From: Octopus vulgaris
Taxonomy: Eukaryota
Length of the DNA stretch: 64,000 nucleotides
Direction of reading: 5' to 3'
Assembly: GCA_951406725.2 (NCBI GenBank)
Contig: OX597836.1
Span: 14,012,001 to 14,076,000 of the forward strand
Shown: one piece after another, positions 12,234 through 23,408 of the stretch
How positions within the stretch are numbered: position 1 is the stretch's first letter
How the letters are laid out: every line of letters starts with the position of its first letter
Program-made: the position numbers and the translations under genes
The notes under the pieces: model-generated
The model's input: only the letters and a program-made list of their open reading frames with translations
Told to the model about the DNA's origin: nothing
Databases searched by the model: none

Positions 12234-12237
<4 letters not shown>

Positions 12238-12466
12238 CAGCAAAACAATTTAGATTCAAATGAATATGGTACATAACTTAGATGCACCAGAATTTTTTTT
12301 ATGGTATTACCCATAAAATTATGTGGGGTGATTATAACCCAAAAATAAGCAACAAGAATGGATCGGTAATTTAGTACAATTGTTTCATACTATAAGCTTT
12401 AATAAATTGTTATAGTATGAAACAATTGTACTAAATTACCGATCCATTCTTGTTGCTTATTTTTTG

Positions 12467-12469
<3 letters not shown>
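12234..12469. mobile_element. (TA)n-embedded fold-back element, probable Penelope-like element terminus with inverted segment
   Basis: Perfect 55-bp inverted repeat 12341-12395 / 12410-12464, flanked by (TA)n on both sides. Homologous to 54214-54585. Confidence 0.65.
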
Positions 12470-12512
<43 letters not shown>

Positions 12513-12543
12513 GTGACAGTTATTCGGTTGTCATAATAACCAT

Positions 12544-12604
12544 AATAAAACTCTGAGTTTCGGATGTCGGGGCAGAAACCTGCACCGGCATCTCTTCAGT
12601 TATC
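12544..12604 (-). ncRNA. Minimal type I hammerhead ribozyme motif (Penelope-like element associated)
   Basis: GATAA-CTGAAGA-[GATGCCGGTGCAG gttt CTGCCCCGACATC]-C-GAAAC-tcaga-GTT-TTATT: stem I, both core boxes, long stem II, short stem III and an NUH triplet. Confidence 0.65.
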
Positions 12605-12958
12605 GAGGCAATCAAAATATGCTATGAAAATGACTGTTAAACTAAGGGAAATTACTATGTATTTGACCGTTATTAAGACGAAAGACCTATTAGAATGACC
12701 GTTAAATAAAGGTGGAAAAAAAGAAGGGGAGGAAGTAAAAAGTAAAGGAGTAAAAATGCTCATAACAATCGTGTATGCGCGCATGTACATATGTACATAT
12801 GCATTCACACACACCCATGTATATGTGTCTATATGCATATGCTCACTCACACTCGCATAGAACACACACATGCACACCCACACATACGCCAATAGATGCA
12901 CACATATACATGCAACCACGCATGTACATGTATACATATCCGCATATATGTATGTGTG

Positions 12959-13005
12959 TGTCAGTGAACAGGTCGCAGTCTCAAAGCGACGAAAATATTT
13001 TGACA
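12959..13005 (+). ncRNA. Degenerate minimal hammerhead ribozyme motif
   Basis: TGTCA-gTGAAcA-g-GTCGC agtctcaaa GCGAC-GAAA-ATAT-TT-TGACA. Stems I and II are intact and stem III is palindromic, but the CUGANGA box has two substitutions. Confidence 0.45.
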
Positions 13006-13122
13006 AGTGAATCTAACGGTTTTTGTGTTTCTTAAATGGCTTATAAACACCTTCTACGCTGCAATTGTTTTCATTCCAGCACACGATCTCAGATCAGGTC
13101 ACTTGCTATGTAAGTACATCTC

Positions 13123-13179
<57 letters not shown>

Positions 13180-13905
13180 CTCTGGTGAAGAGGATCGGCT
13201 TGCAAGAGTCCTGTGCTGGTGTCACATAGAAAGCACTTGTGCCAGTGCCACAGAAAAAGAGCTCAGGCTAGTGGCACATTAGAAGCACCTAGCACACACA
13301 CACACTGCAAAGTAGTTGGTGTTAGGAAGGGCATCCAGCTGCAGAAACCAAGCCAAATCTGACTGGAAACTGGTGCAGCTCTCCGGCTTGCAAGCTGCAG
13401 TCAAACCGTCCATCCCATGCCAGCATGGAAAGTGAACTTTGAATGATGATGATGTATATGTGTGTGTATATATATATAAACATTGCATCACATGCTATCA
13501 TCATCACTGCTACTACCACCAATATGCTTTGTCTATACTTTCTGAAAAGGTTGATAACTATAAAGCAAATTATATTCACCATGTGTTTAAACAAACCAAG
13601 CATCACCACCACCACCACCACCACCATTTCACATTAGTTAGTTTAGTAGCCTCGAGTTAGTTTACACTAAATAGTAATACTAAATGAGATTTGCAACTGT
13701 TACCTTCACTGCTACCATCACCACAGCTATTTCTACTTCTACCACTAATACAAATACCATTTAACTTCAATCTCATCAGGTGAATGTCCTTTCAGTCAAT
13801 GCTACCATGCATTTGAACACTGTGCCTCACATCTTAAGATCTACACTAACGGCACCACCACCTCCTCCACGGCTGCCAACATCTGGCTTCATAACCTGTT
13901 GGTCA

Positions 13906-14800
13906 TTAACCCTTTTGTCACCATATTTCTGTTGAAAAAACTCTTAACTTTTCTTCAATAAATTTCGAAAATATTGAAGTATTTATTTAAACAACTTTGT
14001 CGTTACAAACCAGGTGCTATTTGGAACATTTATATAAAAAAAAAAACAAAAACAAACATGAAATTCTCATGCAAGGTTTTAGCTTCTGTTGGTTTCTGTT
14101 ACCATATTTCTATCGAAATAATACACTACCCGTTTAAATTAATTTTTAAAATAACAAAGATATTTAGTAAAATAACTGTCATTATTTATCTGTTGTTTAA
14201 AATATAAATCAACATGAAATTTTGATGGAAAGTTTCGGCTGAGATCAACCAAACCCTTTTGTTACCATATTCCTATCGAAATATACTGCCCTTGTTTAAA
14301 TTAATTTTCAAAATAATGAAGAATTTAGTAAAATAACTTGCTATTTATCTAGTGTTTAGAATATAAATCAACAAGAAATTTTGATAAAATTTTGAATTTA
14401 GCTCACTTCAAAACAGGAATTTTTTATCATAGAACTAGGGGCCAGTTTCAAATGAGGAACAGAACAAGCTGATAATCACACTTTAATTGACCCTTTTGTT
14501 TCCGTATTTCTACATAAGTACATTTTATTTTTCAATATTTTTTTTTCTTTTTAATTAAGAAGTATTTAATAAAATAACTCATTATTAATCTAGTATTTGG
14601 GATATAAATCAAGATGAAATTTAGACAGAAGGTTTTAATTTAAATCAGTTTAACCTTTTTGTTACTGTATTTCTGTTGAAATATACCGCCCCTTGGTTTT
14701 AATTAATTTTGAAAATAATGAAGAATTTGGTAAAATAATTTCTGTCATTATTCATCTGATATTTGGAACATAAGTTAATGTGGAATTTTGTTGGTACTTA
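13906..14800 (+). repeat. About five head-to-tail partial copies of the TTAA MITE
   Basis: ttaaccctttt-gttaccatatttct-like starts at ~13906, 14095, 14252, 14487 and 14649. Confidence 0.7.
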
Positions 14801-15125
14801 TTCTATTGGCAGCTTTTGTTGAACTGCTAAGTTACAGGGACATAAATATATCAACACCACTTGTCAAGCAGTGATGGGGGATAAACAAAGACACACACAC
14901 AGACACACACACACACAGAGGATAGCCAAAGCTAAAACACAAAGACAACACATGCATGAACCCACAAAAAAAAAAAAAACAGGATGGAAAACTTTTGATC
15001 AAGGGCCTTGATGGAATGGGGACTGAACTAAGGCCAAAGAACAACAACAAATGGAAAGCATTCTAAATTCACCCTAACCCCTCACTTCTGTCTCTCTCCC
15101 TCTCTCCATACACATAGCTGTGCTA

Positions 15126-15440
15126 TTTTTGTTGTTTTTTGTTCCTTCTCAAGCCTTTCCGTGGCTCATAGGGCCGGTTTTCCGGTTTCCTTGGCATATA
15201 GGTTCCCCACCTGGATGGAACGCCAGTCCGTCGCAGGTGAGCTGCAAGATGCAGGAGGAAAGAGTGAGAGAGAAAGCTGTGATGAAAGAGTCAGCAGAAG
15301 TTTTGTCATTACCTTCTGCCGGAGCCACGTGGAGCTTTGGTGTTTCGCTCATAAACACACAGACCACCCAGTCTGAGATTCGAACCTGCGATCTCTAGAT
15401 TGTGAGTCCGCTGCTCTAACCACTAGGCCACGTGCCTCCA
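15126..15440 (-). mobile_element. tRNA-derived SINE family D
   Basis: Head ggaggcacgtggcctagtggttagagcagcggactc...ggttcgaatc; homologous to 43310-43635. Confidence 0.8.
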
Positions 15441-17101
15441 CAACAGCTGTGCCAGAAAGAAACCAACTGACCATTGCTCTCCATTTTCATTCCTCTCCAC
15501 CTTCTTCGTTAGTCAACCTCACAGCTGTGTTCCTCCCTCTTTCCCACCCCCACCTCGACCACCACCACCACCACCACCACCGCTGCCATCAAACACCTGA
15601 TGTACTGCCTCCTCCACCACCACATACACAGACTTCCACGCCTCCGCCCCAACCATCTAACACAAATAAATAAATAAAAAAAAAGCGAATAACTGGGTCT
15701 CTGTGTCAAATCAATGTCGATCATTACGGAAAAGATCAATAGGGACAAAGCGCTCGCACACGCACATGCACAAGCATTCAAATGCTGCATGCGCATAGGT
15801 GCATGCGTGGTGCGTGTCTGCATCCATGTGCTTTGTTGTACAACTGGGATATGTGCTGTGGGAGAGGAGGGAGGGAAGGAGCAGGAAGAAGAGTGAAGGT
15901 GAGAGAGATAGGGGTGGAGAGCTAATGTTCATGTGCATTGTGAAACTGAAAGCGAGTTTGTGTATGGCCAGCTGTGTGTGTGTGTGTGTGTGTCCTCGTG
16001 CATGTGGTGTGAGTGTTTGTGTGTGTGTCTGTGTATTTGAGACTGTGTGTGTTTGTGTGTGAGCATGTGTGTGTGTGTGCATGTTTGTATATGGTCATGT
16101 ATATGGTGTAAATGTGAGGGAGAGAGAGAGATAGAGAGACAGAAGAGAGAGGGTAAGAGGGACAAGTGAGAGAGTGAGAGAAAGGATGAAAGAACAAATG
16201 AAAGAAAAAGAAGTGAAGAGAAAGGAGGAAGAGAGAGAGAGGGGAATTAGGAAAAACGAGACAGAAGAGAGAGTGAAAGAGCAAATGAAAAGAAAGAGAG
16301 GAAGAGAGGTAATGGAGAGAGTGAGAAAGAGTAAAAGAGCAAATGAAAGAAAAGGAGAGAGGGAGTGAGGAGAAAGAAGGAAGGAAAGAGAGAGTGAAAG
16401 AGCAAGTGAAAGAAAAAAAAGGAGAGAAGGGGAGGAGGGAGAGAAAGGGTAAAAAGGCAAGTGAAAGAGAGGAGGAAACAATATGTTTATGTGGCAGAGA
16501 AAGCATGTGTTGATGGTCTTTGTTTATGAGCCCTTTTTTACTCTAGACACAAGGCCAGAAATTTTTGGGGAGAGGGCCAGTCGATTAGATTGAACCCCAG
16601 TACATCATCATCATCATCATCATCATCATCGTTTAACGTCCGTTCTCCATGCTAGCATGGGTTGGACGGTTCGACCGGGGTTCTGGGAAGCCAGAAGGCT
16701 GCACCAGGCTCCAGTCTAATCTGGCAATGTTTCTACAGCTGGATGCCCTTCCTAACGCCAACCACTCCGTGAGTGTAGTGACTGGTATTTAAATTTATCA
16801 ACCTTGAAAGGATGAAAGGCAAAGTCAACCTCAGCAGAACATGTTTGTGTTTTGGCTTAGTAGTTGCAGTATTTGGTTCGTGATAACAAGGTCGTGAGTT
16901 CAATTCCTGGTAGCGCATTCTGTCCTTGGGCAAGACACTTTATTTCACGTTGCTCCAGTGCACTCAGCTGGTAAAAATCAGTAGTACCTATATTCCAAAG
17001 GGCCAACCTTGTCATATTCTGCATTACCCTGAATCTCCCTGAGGAATTTGTTACGGGGATGCACATCTGTGAAGTGTTCATCCCATCATCATCATCATTG
17101 C

Positions 17102-17330
17102 TTAACCCTTTAGCATTCAAACTGGCCATATTCAGCCCCAAATTTTCTACCTGTTGTATGTTTAAACTGGCCAGACCTGGCCTCTCACACCTACCTAAGA
17201 ATGTCATTATAAAAATAAACAATCACATCATTGAAATATGAAAGCTACAACACAATGCATGATTAATTCAAATCAATGTGAACAAATAAGCATTAGATTT
17301 GACTGTTTAATCTGAATACTAAAGGGTTAA
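17102..17330. mobile_element. Complete TTAA MITE, family 1 (piggyBac-like termini)
   Basis: TTAACCCTTTAGCATTCA...TGAATACTAAAGGGTTAA ends. Related copies at ~7886, 21066-21218 and 21284-21668. Confidence 0.8.
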
Positions 17331-17529
17331 AGTTTGCCTCTCATGCTGGCATGGGTTGGATGGTTTGACAGCAGTTGGCCAGGTAGGAGACTGCACTAGA
17401 CTTCCATGTCAGTTTAAGCAGGGTTTTTATGGCTGGATGCCATACCACCCCACAGAGTCAATCCCTTGCACATTAATTCACGAGTAAGCTGCTCCAGTGA
17501 TCAGATGAACTGGAACCTTCGTCATCATA

Positions 17530-17936
17530 ACCTATTTCTTTACTACCCACAAGGGGCTAAACACAGAGGGGACAAATGGATTGAGTTGATTATATCGACT
17601 CCAGTGCGTAACTGGTACTTAATTTATCGACCCCGAAAGAATGAAAGGCAAAGTTGACCTCAGCGGAATTTGAACTCACAACGTAATGGCAGACGAAATA
17701 CCTATTTCTTTACTACCCACAAGGGGCTAAACACAGAGGGGACAAACAAGGACAGACAAACGCATTAAGTCGATTATATGGACCCCAGTGCGTAACTGGT
17801 ACTTGTTTAATCAACCCCGAAAGGATGAAAGGCAAAGTCGACCTCGGTGGAATTTGAACTCAGAGTGTAACGGCAGACGAAATACCGCTAAACATTTCGC
17901 CTGGCGTGCTAACGATTCTGCCAACTTGCCACCGAC
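17530..17936 (-). mobile_element. tRNA-derived SINE family B, tandem dimer
   Basis: Two gtcgactttgcctttcatcctttcggggtcgataaattaagtacc-type cores with a single complete head. Other copies at ~800-925, 19150-19360, 27028-27255(+), 29727-29948 and 40363-40580. Confidence 0.85.
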
Positions 17937-18155
17937 GAGAGCCAGTCTGCACATATGTGTATAGGTGTGTGTGTATGTAAGCTTGTAGTTGCATAAAAAC
18001 TTTGTGCACATGGAAGTATACATGAGATGGTGTGCAGCACATGTTGTGTACATATGTTTGTGTGAGTATGCAATATATGGTGCACATACTGCACAGTAAA
18101 TGGAGGGCAGTGGTGGGAGTGGCGCAAGGGAAAAATGCCAATTTGAAATGCTTAC

Positions 18156-18203
18156 CTTCACACTTCATGCCGACTAAACCACAACCCCAGATGTAATCAT
18201 TAC
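18156..18203 (-). CDS. PIK3R1: Exon, middle of C1 domain ((C)NDYIWGCGLVGMKCE(G))
   Basis: ctaattacag acceptor and GAAG|gtaagc donor; 48 nt, phase 1-1. IWG...G.KC is the C1 motif. Confidence 0.9.
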
Positions 18204-18440
18204 CTGTAATTAGAAAAGAAATATGGATGGAAAGGTGTGCAACAGCAATTTGGATATATATATATATAAACAATTAAACTTTTGAACCCAGAACTACTGG
18301 TCTGGTGTTTAGTTCATTGAGGGGTAGGGGAATGAAAAGTAGAGTTGACCTCTGCAGCATTTGAATTCAGGAACCAGAACAAATGCCACAAAGCATTTTA
18401 TCTGCTACACTTATTATTCCGTTACTGCTGCTGCTGCTGC

Positions 18441-18471
<31 letters not shown>

Positions 18472-18528
18472 TCTTTCTATTATAGGCATAAGGCCTGAAA
18501 TTGAGCCTCTAGTAGAAATAACAACAAC

Positions 18529-18566
<38 letters not shown>

Positions 18567-18568
<2 letters not shown>

Positions 18569-19122
18569 GCCCTGATGCAGTACCAGGCAGTGGCTCTCGT
18601 GGCTTCTGATCTTAACTGATTGCAAATGTTATCATGTAAATTGTTTTGTCTTGGTATAGAAGATGGGCTACAGCAAATATTCTGCTCAATACCACAGATT
18701 TGCTTGTCAGTTGTTTGATCTTAACCAGTTGACTGTGTCCCTTAGTGGCTGAAGATATGTGCATCTCTGATCACAAGCAGAAGTAGTGGGGGAGCATCAT
18801 AGCCATGTGTTGAGAGGGATTCTTTGGGGTTTGGATAATTCAACTTTGGAGACATGGGTGGTTCGTTCAACATCCTTAAACAACCTTTATTCAAGGACCT
18901 TTTGAGTGGGATGGGCTACTTGACCTGAAGAAAATTCTAACTGGGCCCCACCTGCAAGGTTATGCACTGCTTATCTTGATATGAGATCACCATGACGCGC
19001 TAATATGGTTGTGATGCATGTGCTTGGTGTACCCTTATCAGATGGGTAGTCATGATGGGTATATTGGGCTTTGTATATTTTACTCCAGTGTCACTTTGAT
19101 GGCATGCACTCCTCTCTCACTC
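18567..19122. mobile_element. ~556-bp non-coding element sitting inside an (AAT)n tract
   Basis: Complex sequence sharply bounded by (AAT)n on both sides, with no ORF and no TIR. Recalled as a recurrent octopus repeat. Confidence 0.55.
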
Positions 19123-19364
19123 AATAATAATAATAATAATAGTAATAATCCTTTTTACTAAAGGGACAAGGCCTGAAATTTGGGGGGAGGGGACTAGAAG
19201 ATTACCTCAACCCCAATGTTTCACTGGTACTTAATTTATCAACCCTGAGAGTAGGAAAGGCAAAGTCAACCTTAGCAGAATTTGAACTCAGAATGTAAGG
19301 ACAGATGAAATGCCACTAAGCATTTCGACCAGTGTGCTAATGATTCTACCTGCTTGCCATTTTT

Positions 19365-19401
<37 letters not shown>

Positions 19402-19415
19402 AAAACAATACTTAC

Positions 19416-19481
19416 AGTAAATGCACAAAATAGGTCGCAGAAAATAACTCTTTACTAATCTATGAGGTACACCTGGTGGCC
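19416..19481 (-). CDS. PIK3R1: Exon, start of C1 domain (PPGVPHRLVKSYFLRPILCIY)
   Basis: ttatttcag acceptor and T|gtaagt donor; 66 nt, phase 1-1. H-x12-C-x2-C spacing is completed by the next exon. Confidence 0.9.
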
Positions 19482-19883
19482 CTGAAATAATTGAAGAAAA
19501 TATAACAGGTGAGTTGTATTGAAATATAAAAAAAAAAAAAAAAAAAAAACGACAGGTAAATTACACAGGAATGAAATATGACAGGTAAACAGGTATCAGA
19601 ATGGTGAAGTAGTACAGAAAGTGGAACAGCGTGAAATCTAAAAGGAAAAGGTAAACAGACAAAAAAAAGAAAGAAAAAAATACTTGTGTGAATAAAATAT
19701 GCTAAATATGCCTGAGGTTGTTAAAAGCTCTTTAGATGCATAGCAAAATTTAAAGCACTTGAGGGTGGTAAGTGTTTCCATGTTTACAGATATATATTTT
19801 AAAGAGGTTTTGAAGTTAAATTAAGGAGGTATATAAATATGAGTATGTATATATATATACATATATGCATATATATATACATA

Positions 19884-20276
19884 GGCGCAGGAGTGGCTGT
19901 GTGGTAAGTAGCTTGTTTACCAACCACATGGTTCCGGGTTCAGTCCCACTGCGTGGCACCTTGGGCAAGTGTCTTCTACTATAGCCTTGGGCCAACCAAA
20001 ACCTTCTGAGTGAATTTGGTAGACGGAAACTGAAAGAAGCCCGTCGTATATATGTATATATATATATATATGCGTGTGTGTGTGTTTGTCTCCCTAGCAT
20101 TGCTTGACAACCGATGCTGGTGTGTTTATGTCCCCGTCACTTAGCGGTTCGGCAAAAAGAGACCGATAGAATAAGTACTGGGCTTACAAAGAATAAGTCC
20201 CGGGGTCGAGTTGCTCGATTAAAGGTGGTGCTCCAACATGGCCGCAGTCAAATGACCGAAACAAGTAAAAGAGTAA
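19884..20276 (+). mobile_element. Full-length tRNA-derived SINE family A
   Basis: ggcgcaggagtggctgtgtggtaag head, internal (TA/TG)n and gaaacaagtaaaagagtaa tail. An inverted older copy lies at 20428-20782. Confidence 0.9.
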
Positions 20277-21938
20277 CACACACACACACACACACGTAGG
20301 TATGTAATCAAATGAAAAACACCTGACCCATGGAGTGGAAGCTAAACATCTCCAACAAATTAACTTAGCCTTATGTTTACATCTTCTATTCTTTTGTTCT
20401 ACCAAAGTACATCAGACATTTGGCTACGGCCATGCTGGAGCACAGTTTTGAAGAATTTTTAGTCGAATGAATTTACCCCAATACTTTTTTGCTTTTTGGT
20501 TTTTTACAAGCCTGGCACTCATTCTCTTTTGCTGAATCACTAAATTACAGGGATGTAAACACACCAACTCTGGTTGTCGAGTGATGGTGGTGGTGGGACA
20601 AACACACACAAGCATATACAACTGGCTTCTTTCAGTTTCCAAAAAACCAAATGCATTCACAAGACTCTGGTCAGCCCAAGGCTATAGCAGAAGACACTTG
20701 ACCAAGGTGCCATGGAGTGAGTCTGAACCAGGAACGATGTGGTTGGGAAGCAAATTTCTTACCACATGGCCACGCCTGCACCAAAGAAAACATCCATGAA
20801 ACTTCAAGTAATGCAAGGCTAATTAACTTCCATTCCAGCCACCAGTGTCACAAACTTACGTAAAGCCATCCACTCACAAGGGAAACTGACCTAATAGCCT
20901 GTACCATGCTTTTGCAAACTGTTTGGAAGTACACATGTACTTGCAAGCAAACCAAACACAGGCACCGTCTCAGCCCTCCCACCATTTGATCCAGTGGAAC
21001 ATTAAGAATGTGACAGCTCTGAAACTCACCTGAGACCACACCCGGTCCTTTGATACAAACTTGTTTTAACCCTTGAGCATTCAGATTACTCTGTCAAATG
21101 TAATACTTTTTTATTCACATCAAAATATCAAAGCTATGAGATAATGCATGATTAATTCAAAACAAATGTGAATAGATAAGTATTACATTTGACAGAATAA
21201 TCTGAATGCTAAAGGGTTTGTGTCCTATGATCAGGGGTTTTCTCATGAGAGTTACAGAACACAAACTGATAGTCATAAAATATTTAATCCTTTAACATTT
21301 TAACCTGGCCATATTCAACCTAAATATTTTGCTAGTTTTATGTTCAAACCAACCAGATCTGACTTCTCACACCTACCCTACAATGTCATTCTAAAATTTA
21401 AAAAATAAACAATCACATCACTGAAATCTCAAAGCCACAAGACAATGCATAATTGATCTAAATAACAGTGAGAATCATCATCATCATCATCGTTTAACGT
21501 CTGCTTTCCATGCTAGCATGGGTTGGACGATTTGACTGAGGTATGGAAAACCAGATGGCTGGACCAGACTCCAATCTTGATCTGGCAGAGTTTCTACAGC
21601 TGGATGCCCTTCTTACATCATGAATGAATAAATAATACATCTGACAGGAAAATCTGAATGCCAAAGGGTCGACCCTTTTTTTGTCATCTTGTTTCTTTTG
21701 AAACACACAGCCTTTATTTCAATTAATTTTGAAAATAACAAAGAATTTAGTAAAACAACTTTTGTCATAATCAAGCTGGTATTTTGGAAAATAGCAGGAA
21801 GAAATTTTGATGGGATGTTTTAATTTAGATCAGTTTAGAAAACAGAATCAGTGTCACAGAGCTAGCCAGTGGGGAGGTCTAAGGTGGGTTGGTATCAAAA
21901 GGGTTTATATATATAAAAAAAAAAGAAAAACTAACATC

Positions 21939-22166
21939 TTAACCCTTTCGTTACTGTATTTATTTTGAGATGCTCTGTGTTTCTTTCAATTACTTTAAAT
22001 CTAACAAAGAATTTAGTAAAATAACTTAATTATCATTCAGCTAGTGTTAGGAACATAAATTATGATTAAGGTTTGGTGGAAGATTTTAATTCAGAACTTA
22101 TGAAAACAAGACATTTGTACTCAGAGCCAGAGCCGGTTTCAGCCGGGTTGGTAACGAAAGGGTTAA
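21939..22166. mobile_element. Complete TTAA MITE, family 2 (piggyBac-like termini)
   Basis: Perfect 16-bp inverted ends TTAACCCTTTCGTTAC / GTAACGAAAGGGTTAA. Opposite-orientation copies at ~24632-24860 and 51610-51838. Confidence 0.85.
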
Positions 22167-22679
22167 AGAAGCCTTAACTGTAGGGTGGGAAAGTGAGTCA
22201 GTTAAAAACCCAGGTGAGAACTTGTTGCCCTTAACCCCGCAAAAGAGCCCTGGTCAGACAGATTTATGATCAAAAGCATTAAAACCATGAGCATCACATC
22301 TTCCCTACCCGCCATGTGGGGGTAAATAAAAGTCCACAAAAGTCAATTAATGTGTCCTCTCTTTTATTTTATGATAGAATGTAGTTTAAGGGAGTCTTGG
22401 TTGTTATGTCTAGTAGATAAAAGCAATCAGAGATTCACTTGTGTCAGCAGAGGTGGTGATGACTGCAGTGATGGTAGTGTTGTTATTGTTATTGTTGGTG
22501 TTGTTGGTGGTGGTAAGTATGTAGGTTATTGTTGGTGACTGCTGCCGTTGCAGCATGCATCTGTGTGCAATGGAAACCAGAGCAAAACACAGCAACAAAT
22601 TGATCCCATCTGAATTTGATCCAATGACACCAGCAACATAGATTGCAATAGCAACTAGCTTTCTGCTACTGACGACGAC

Positions 22680-22932
22680 ATTGATGATGATGGTGGTGAT
22701 GGTGATGGTAGTGGTGACAGTGATGGTGATAATGATGATGGTGGTAGCAGTGGTAGTAGTGGCAGTGGTGATAGTGGCGGTAATGAATGTGATGATGGTA
22801 GTGGTGGTGGTGATAGTGGAGATGGTACCAATGACAAGTGGTGGTCATGATGGTGATAATAATGATGATGATTTGATGCTTGTGATGATGATGATGATGA
22901 TGATGACAATGATTATGATGGTGGAGATGATG
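22680..22932. repeat. (GAT/GGT/AGT)n trinucleotide low-complexity tract
   Basis: Seen directly. Confidence 0.9.
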
Positions 22933-23369
22933 TGAAATATGTTGCTGGTATCATCTAGAAAGTTCTGATGTGGTGTCAATGGTATACGTGATGGCAGTGG
23001 TGGTGGTGGTGAAGGTGGTGACAGGGTTGCTGGGAATGCGAGGGGAAGGGGATAAAAATACTGAGTTGAGATATAGGAGGGCGGGTGGGTAGAGGGGAGT
23101 CTGTGGGGGTCGAATGAAAAGACTAGATGAGATAAAAAAAATGCTTAGACGGAACGTGACCTTGTACAGTGAAGCACACATGTTTGTGTGTGTATCTATA
23201 TGTAGGTATGTATGTGTGTGTGTGTGTTTATACATGTGTGTGTGTGTGTGTGTGTGCACGCATGTTGGTTAATGTATCTTGGCATCGTATATGTTAGTAA
23301 GAGCAGGATGCAGCATCCGTTTATAGCTGTTTTTGGCAAAGATAATGCTTAAATATCAGCCAGATAATG

Positions 23370-23408
<39 letters not shown>

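Noticed and set aside
19884-19960. tRNA genes at the heads of SINE families A, B and D
   Set aside because: A and B boxes are present but there is no full cloverleaf, and each continues into a SINE body.
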